248,000 nt of DNA, taken from NCBI GenBank assembly GCA_951406725.2, contig OX597822.1, positions 43,420,001-43,668,000 of the forward strand. The letters are read 5' to 3'. Both the position numbers and the translations under genes were made by a program. Positions 242,016-248,000 of this stretch are shown here, piece after piece. Source of the stretch: Octopus vulgaris. Its lineage: Eukaryota. The notes beneath the pieces were generated by a model. That model was not told the origin of the DNA. It searched no databases and saw only the letters and a program-made list of their open reading frames with translations. Every line of letters starts with the position of its first letter. Within the stretch, counting starts at the first letter, position 1.

Positions 242016-245000
242016 CTAAATCCACCTCAAGTATTATCCAATTTCCTTGAATAAGGAAATGATGCATTGGATAATGTATTCTTGGAGACGCCTGAAAATC
242101 ATTTAGTCACCGGTCTGGTCAATTAGGATTGACCTAGGGTTAAACAACAACAGCAACAAAAGCAGCAGAAACAGCAACAATAGCTGCAGCAGCAACAATA
242201 GCAATACACTAGTAATTTAATCGGGCGCTCTACCGATTCTAGACCACTGTAAATGAATCTATTAATCTGCTTCGCATTGAAAACAGAATCTCTTCAGATT
242301 TTTAGATTTATTGTCGATTTACAACAATGGGAGGCAACAGCAAAATTAAAGACAACAACAAGAAGTGGCTGGGAGGTTGAGTGGGCGTGGATGGAGAAGG
242401 GTGAAGTGTTGGTGGAAGAGAGGGTTTTGGAATAAAATAAATGATGAAAATTCTTTAGCAGAAACAATGAATAATGATGAAAATGATGAACAATTCTTCA
242501 ACTGAGAGATAAAAAATAACGAACAAATAAAGAGACAAATATGAACATATAAATAAAACTAAAAGCAAACTGAATGAAAACTAAAGTGAGATAATTAAAA
242601 AATGACAATAATAACAACAACAACAGCAGCAGCAACAAAATACAATATTTTTAGGAAAAAATTCTATAAAACAAGCAAAAAAATAACAATTATGGACAAG
242701 GAATTATTTCTTCGGAACAAATGTCTATTGTTGAGATGTAAAATGAGAATGGAACTGAGGTGAAGTGAGATATGGTATAATCCAAAGGCTAGTAAAATAC
242801 TTGATTTTTCTCCTCGTCTTCTTTATCCTCCTCTTTATGAAACAAAGCCTACCAACGACCAGAGTAGCCATTTTTGTCCTTCTCTGAGAAGTTTAGATGC
242901 TTCTACCTACCAACCAACCAACCAGCCAGCCAGCCAGCCAACCATTCTCCCTCCCCTGTCAACCAACCAAATTCGCTACCATCTTCTCTCTGTCTCCTTA
243001 TGTAACAAAAGCCATCATTATTTTCTTTTTAACCCTTCGCAATGATTATTATTATTATTATTTTTCGTTGAATGATTAATGCATTTATTAATCATTTAAT
243101 AAAAGCACTGCCCCAGTATGGCCGTCGTACAATGACTGGAACAAGTAAAAGTAAAAGTTAAAGTTATATTTAATAATCCTGGCCACGAATCGATTTATCC
243201 GGAAGGGAACCAAAAAAAATTAACTTCAATTATTTTCCCCCTCTTCCTTCGATATTACGATACTCGTGTCATGAAAGCTGGTTGAATTAGGATAGAGGAT
243301 CGAATGGAGCCAAATGCAGTTCCATTTTATTATTCATTCATTTTAAATACGATACTGAATGAAACCTCATCATGCCTTTACCGTTTTATTTATCCTCTAG
243401 CAGGACTAACTGTCCAAGCTCGCCGCCATGTGTGATGCAAACGTAACTTCAGTTGTTTTGAGACTGTTTCTCGTCTTCAGCACTTGAGTCGGGATTGAAC
243501 TCAGACCGCAACGTACACATATTGTAAAGCATACTACCCGAGGCTCTAACGGCTCTGTCGACTGCCTTAAAATTGACAACGTACAACACCTGGTCAAACA
243601 CTTTCAACTCTGTCTGACGGGTATCCATTTGACAGACTGAATGCGCTAATACGGGTGTCATATTTAATTCTTTATTGCCTACAGGGAGGCTAAACATAGA
243701 GGGGACAAACAAGGAGAGACAAAGGGATTAAATCGATTACATCGATCCCAGTGCGTAACTGGTACTTATTTAATCGACTCCGAAAGGATGAAAGGCAAAG
243801 TCGACCTCGGCGGAATTTGAACTCGGAACGTAGCGGCAGACGAAATACTGGTAAGCGTTTCACACGGCACGCTAACGTTTCTGCCAGCTCGCTGCCCTAT
243901 ACGGGTGTCATATTACCTTACCGAGTGTACCGTTACAGATATCAAATTGGTAAACTGGTACTCCGTCGGCGGCGACGACAAGGACTCCAGTTGATCTAAT
244001 CAACGGAACAGCCTGCTCATGAAGTTAACGTGCAAGTGGCTGAGCACTCACCAAACACAAGTACCCTTAACGTAGTTCTCAGGGTAATTCAGCGTGACAC
244101 AGAATGCGACAAGGCTGGCCTCTTGAATTACTCGTATAATTCTATTTCGCCAGCAGAATGGACTGAAGCAACATGCAATAAAGTGTCTTGCTTAAGGACA
244201 TAATACACTGCTGAGTACCGGGCCTCACAACCTTCTAATCGTGAACCGTATACCCTGATCACTCAGCCACGTGACCTCACTATCAAATTGATATAGCAAT
244301 TACGGCCATACGGGTACGGAACTGGCGCAATAAATGCGACTATACGGGTTTGAAACTGATAAATACCGGACACAATTACGAATATAATATTACTGAACAA
244401 GGGGAAATTCCCAGGCCGAACTCTACTTTAAGAGGGCTCTTGTTCTGCAGATTTAGAATTAGATATCTGTTCTGTATGGAAGGGAGGAAGGCGCATGGCA
244501 TAGTGGTGAAGATGACGCAGCTGGGGTTTTTATTCCCGGACCGCTCAGTGCTTTGTGTTCTTGAGCCAATAAACATGATTTCACGTTGCTCTACTCCATT
244601 CCACTCAACTGTAAAAGATGGACTAATTCCACGATGGACTGGCGTCCCGTTGAAATTTCTGTCCCCGGTCACTTCCACCTTGAAAATCGGGTAATTTGCC
244701 CTTTGAGTCCTAGCACCCAAAACAGTAATTATTTACTTCTTGGATGGGATACATAGTAAGTTGTGTGTGTGTGTGTGTGTGTGTGTGTTTGTGTTGTGAT
244801 CGTGATAGGCGTAAAGATAGATAATTCTTTGACGGAATATGAATCGTTTTGTGAAATGTTTGGCTTCGTGATAATGAAAGAAACCTGCGATATGTGGTCG
244901 CTCTAGAAATAACTAAGATTTCCCTCAACTCCCTAAACTGTTAAACCAGGAAGATGGTATTGATAATGTAGTCTACTGTATACATTGGTTGGAGCAAAAT

Positions 245001-245782
245001 AAATGAGACGGTTACGGCGGGAATACATTCGACAACTCATCGTGTTCCAACCTGAATTCCGTTCGTCTTTACGTTCCGAACTGAAATTCCGCCGAGGTGG
245101 TCTTTGCCTTTCATCCTAAGAACTATTTAATTAAATCACTGAAAATCAAACAGAACGCTAATGCGGATCAACATCGGATCACCATCGGATCAACTGGAAT
245201 CAGCATCATTGTAACCGGCGTAGTGCCAGTTAATCACTTTGATATCCATATCAAAGGTAATGTGATATGGGTATTAGCGCATTCAGTTTATCAGTCAATA
245301 AAGTGAGTACCAATAGAGTACGAGAGTCGATGTCAATGATTTACCGTTCCCCTAAACTTGTTGGCAATGTGCCAAAGCTTGAAATCAATACTAAAGTGGC
245401 AAAGTATCGATCGATCCCGAAATGGTGAAACGCAACGTTAACTTCGGTGAGAATCGAACACAGAACGTGTGGAACTGTGGAACTGGAAACAATAAAGTAA
245501 ATCGTATTGTGATGGACTTCTAAATGACTCGGCTAATTAGGCATGTTTACCGTTCCTTACCTTACGCAAAATAATCACATGTTTACACACAGCGATGATA
245601 TCACAATTCTTAAATTTAACAGGGAAATGAGTGGGTATGTTGGTGTAATCAGCCAGTACACTCGTCGTCAAAATAAGGGCTTTCGGCTCGATTCTAACGC
245701 CTGCTAATGCCATTTTCTCCCCTCGGGTTTCTGTATCCCCTAATTTTAGATACTATTTTCTATAATCAATATAGTGAAAGTT

Positions 245783-245827
<45 letters not shown>

Positions 245828-245829
<2 letters not shown>

Positions 245830-246280
245830 CAAAAATAAATCTCTGAACGAGGTATAAACAGTAGCTACACGACATCGTGAAGTATATTTGCCACTTAAAT
245901 GTGGCTAACCCTTAAGGGTGGATGCTACTGTAGCTTGTAGCCCCAGGAGGACACCTCTTCCAGCTGGCTATTGACACACTTTCTGTACCTTATCAGTATT
246001 TTCAAAGGGAAGCCATCGTTCTCGTCCTCAACCTATGATACACACGGACTCGAGTTTCTGGGTATTGACCCGTCATCAGCGTATGAAAATCACTGGCTGT
246101 CGATGAAAAGTAAGCCTCCCTTTGCAAATATATATCCTTTTTCCAGTGACAAAAAGTCACTGATGTCGAAAAAGTGTAAACAAGCAAAAATATATCTCTG
246201 AGCGAGGTATAAACGGTAGCTGCACTACATCGTGAAGTATATGTGTCACTTAAATGTGGCTAACCCCTAAGGGTTACCCA
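245828..246280 (+). mobile_element. ~357-bp unit with ~95-bp terminal direct repeat (pseudo-LTR-like)
   Basis: aaatctctgaacgaggtataaac... at 245835 and 246190; reverse copy at 247190-247450; related to the 65 kb palindrome. Confidence 0.65.
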
Positions 246281-246296
246281 CATGATATATATATAA

Positions 246297-246340
<44 letters not shown>

Positions 246341-247636
246341 AGGTGGAAATCCACGCCACCATCTCTTCAGTTGTCCGGAAAAATGCTATGAAAAATGACC
246401 GTTATACAAAGGGAAATTACTGTGTGATTGACCGTTATTAAGACAAAAGAGCTATTTGAATGACCACTAAGTGAGGGGTGGGAGTAAAAGTAAGTGGGTA
246501 AAAATAGATCATAGTATTCGCGTTAGCGCGCATGTTCATAGTTGCACACGCGCGCCCGCACACACACGTGCGTGAACCTAAAAGTACACATTCATCCACC
246601 CTCACTTGAAAACCTACACATCCTCACTCGCACCATTCGCAAATGTATATACATACAAACCCCACCACTCACACGCGCACCATAAGGGTTCATACACACA
246701 TCTATATACGCACAAGCACAAGAAAATACAGGGCTAAGGGTAACAATACAGAAAAAAGGTATAAGGGTGTATACAAAGAGAAAACCACGTATATATACGC
246801 ACATACACTTATGCATGCACACACACGCTTATATTGCACATACCCGCACACGTTCATATACACACACACAAGCACGCGCTAAAAGGATCATACATACGTC
246901 TATATGCGCACACACACAAGAAAAAACAGGGCTAAAGGCAAAAATACAGGAAAATGTGTAAAAACACTGAGTAAAATACGTCTATATACACACGTACTCG
247001 CATGCTCGCACACACGCACACATCTATATACGCACATACCCGCACACACGCACACATCCACACGTGCGCACAAAAGATAACATAGACACGATTATATAGG
247101 CACAGGGAAAAATGCAGGGCGGAGGGTAGAATACAGAAATATTATATGTAAAAAATATATAAGCAATAAACCTATAAACGTCACGATGTGTTGCAGCTAC
247201 TGTTTATAACTCGCTCTAAGATTTATTATTGCTTCTTTACACTTATTCGATATCAGTGTCTTTACGATACTGTAAAAAGTATATGTATTTGTGAAGGGAA
247301 CCTACTTTTCATCGACAACTGTGATTGTCACACACCGATGACGGGTCAATATCCAGAAACTCGAGTCCGTGTGTATCATAAGTTGGAGACGGAAAGTATG
247401 GCTTCCCTTTGCAAATACTGATAGGGCGCACAAAGTGTGTCTATAGCCAGAAAGTGTGTCTAAAGAGACCGGTAGAATAAGTACTAGCCTTACAAAGAAT
247501 AAGTCCTGGGGTCGATTTGCTCGACTAAAGCTGGTGCTCCAGCATGGCCACAGTCAAATGACTGAAGCAATTAAAAGAGTATATATATATATATATATAT
247601 GCATATATACACATATGTATATATATATACATATAC

Positions 247637-247708
<72 letters not shown>

Positions 247709-247829
247709 ATATATGTATATATATATGTGTATATGTATATATATATATATACATATATGTATATGTATATATATATACATATATGTATATGTATATATAT
247801 ACATATATGTATATATATATATATATATA

Positions 247830-248000
247830 TAGTTAATCCAAACAAGAAAACACAGAAAAAAAGAGAAAAAACACAGCAACGCAGGACGTGGAACAATTAA
247901 AGTATTATTGACGCTCAGGAAAGAAGGGAAGGAGGGTTTAACGTTTCGAGCGGAGCTCTTCGACGGAAACAAGGAGAAGGAAAGGTCCCAAGGAGGGAAG
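247830..248000 (-). mobile_element. PLE fragment with U4C+A6U hammerhead-like motif
   Basis: gttt-CCGTCGA-a-gagc-tcc-gctc-GAAAC-GTT-aaac at 247937-247970; runs off the window end. Confidence 0.65.

Overview
AT-rich, microsatellite-saturated animal genomic DNA. The SINE, LINE and microsatellite repertoire suggests an octopod cephalopod (Octopus-like); this is an inference, not a database match. I recognise no host protein-coding gene, rRNA, true tRNA or CRISPR array, so the window looks like intergenic desert or a very large intron. Nearly all ORFs in the supplied track are translations of (TA)n, (CA)n, (TACA)n, (ATCT)n, (AAT)n and similar repeats. The real coding remnants belong to mobile elements: Tx1-clade LINEs, R4/Dong-clade LINEs with a restriction-like endonuclease, CR1/L2-like and RTE 3' fragments, Penelope-like elements (PLE; RT + GIY-YIG), Tc1/mariner remnants and MITEs. 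Non-coding repeats include non-autonomous Helitrons and at least four tRNA-derived SINE families. Main observations: (1) a ~490-bp tandem-dimer element carries a canonical type I hammerhead ribozyme and occurs at 81 kb and 124 kb in different registers, with structure-preserving substitutions, as expected of a non-LTR retrozyme or circular-RNA element; (2) more than a dozen further hammerhead folds lie in PLE-type fragments and palindromes, including recurrent U4C and A6U core variants with palindromic (dimer-type) stem III; (3) elements partition by microsatellite: a Tx1 family with both junctions in (ATCT)n, Dong/R4 and a ~555-bp non-coding element in (AAT)n, and PLE/retrozyme pieces in (TA)n, often the (TA)n inside a SINE. 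All coordinates and folds were read by eye (about +/-10-20 bp for degenerate elements). SINE copies are listed representatively, not exhaustively.
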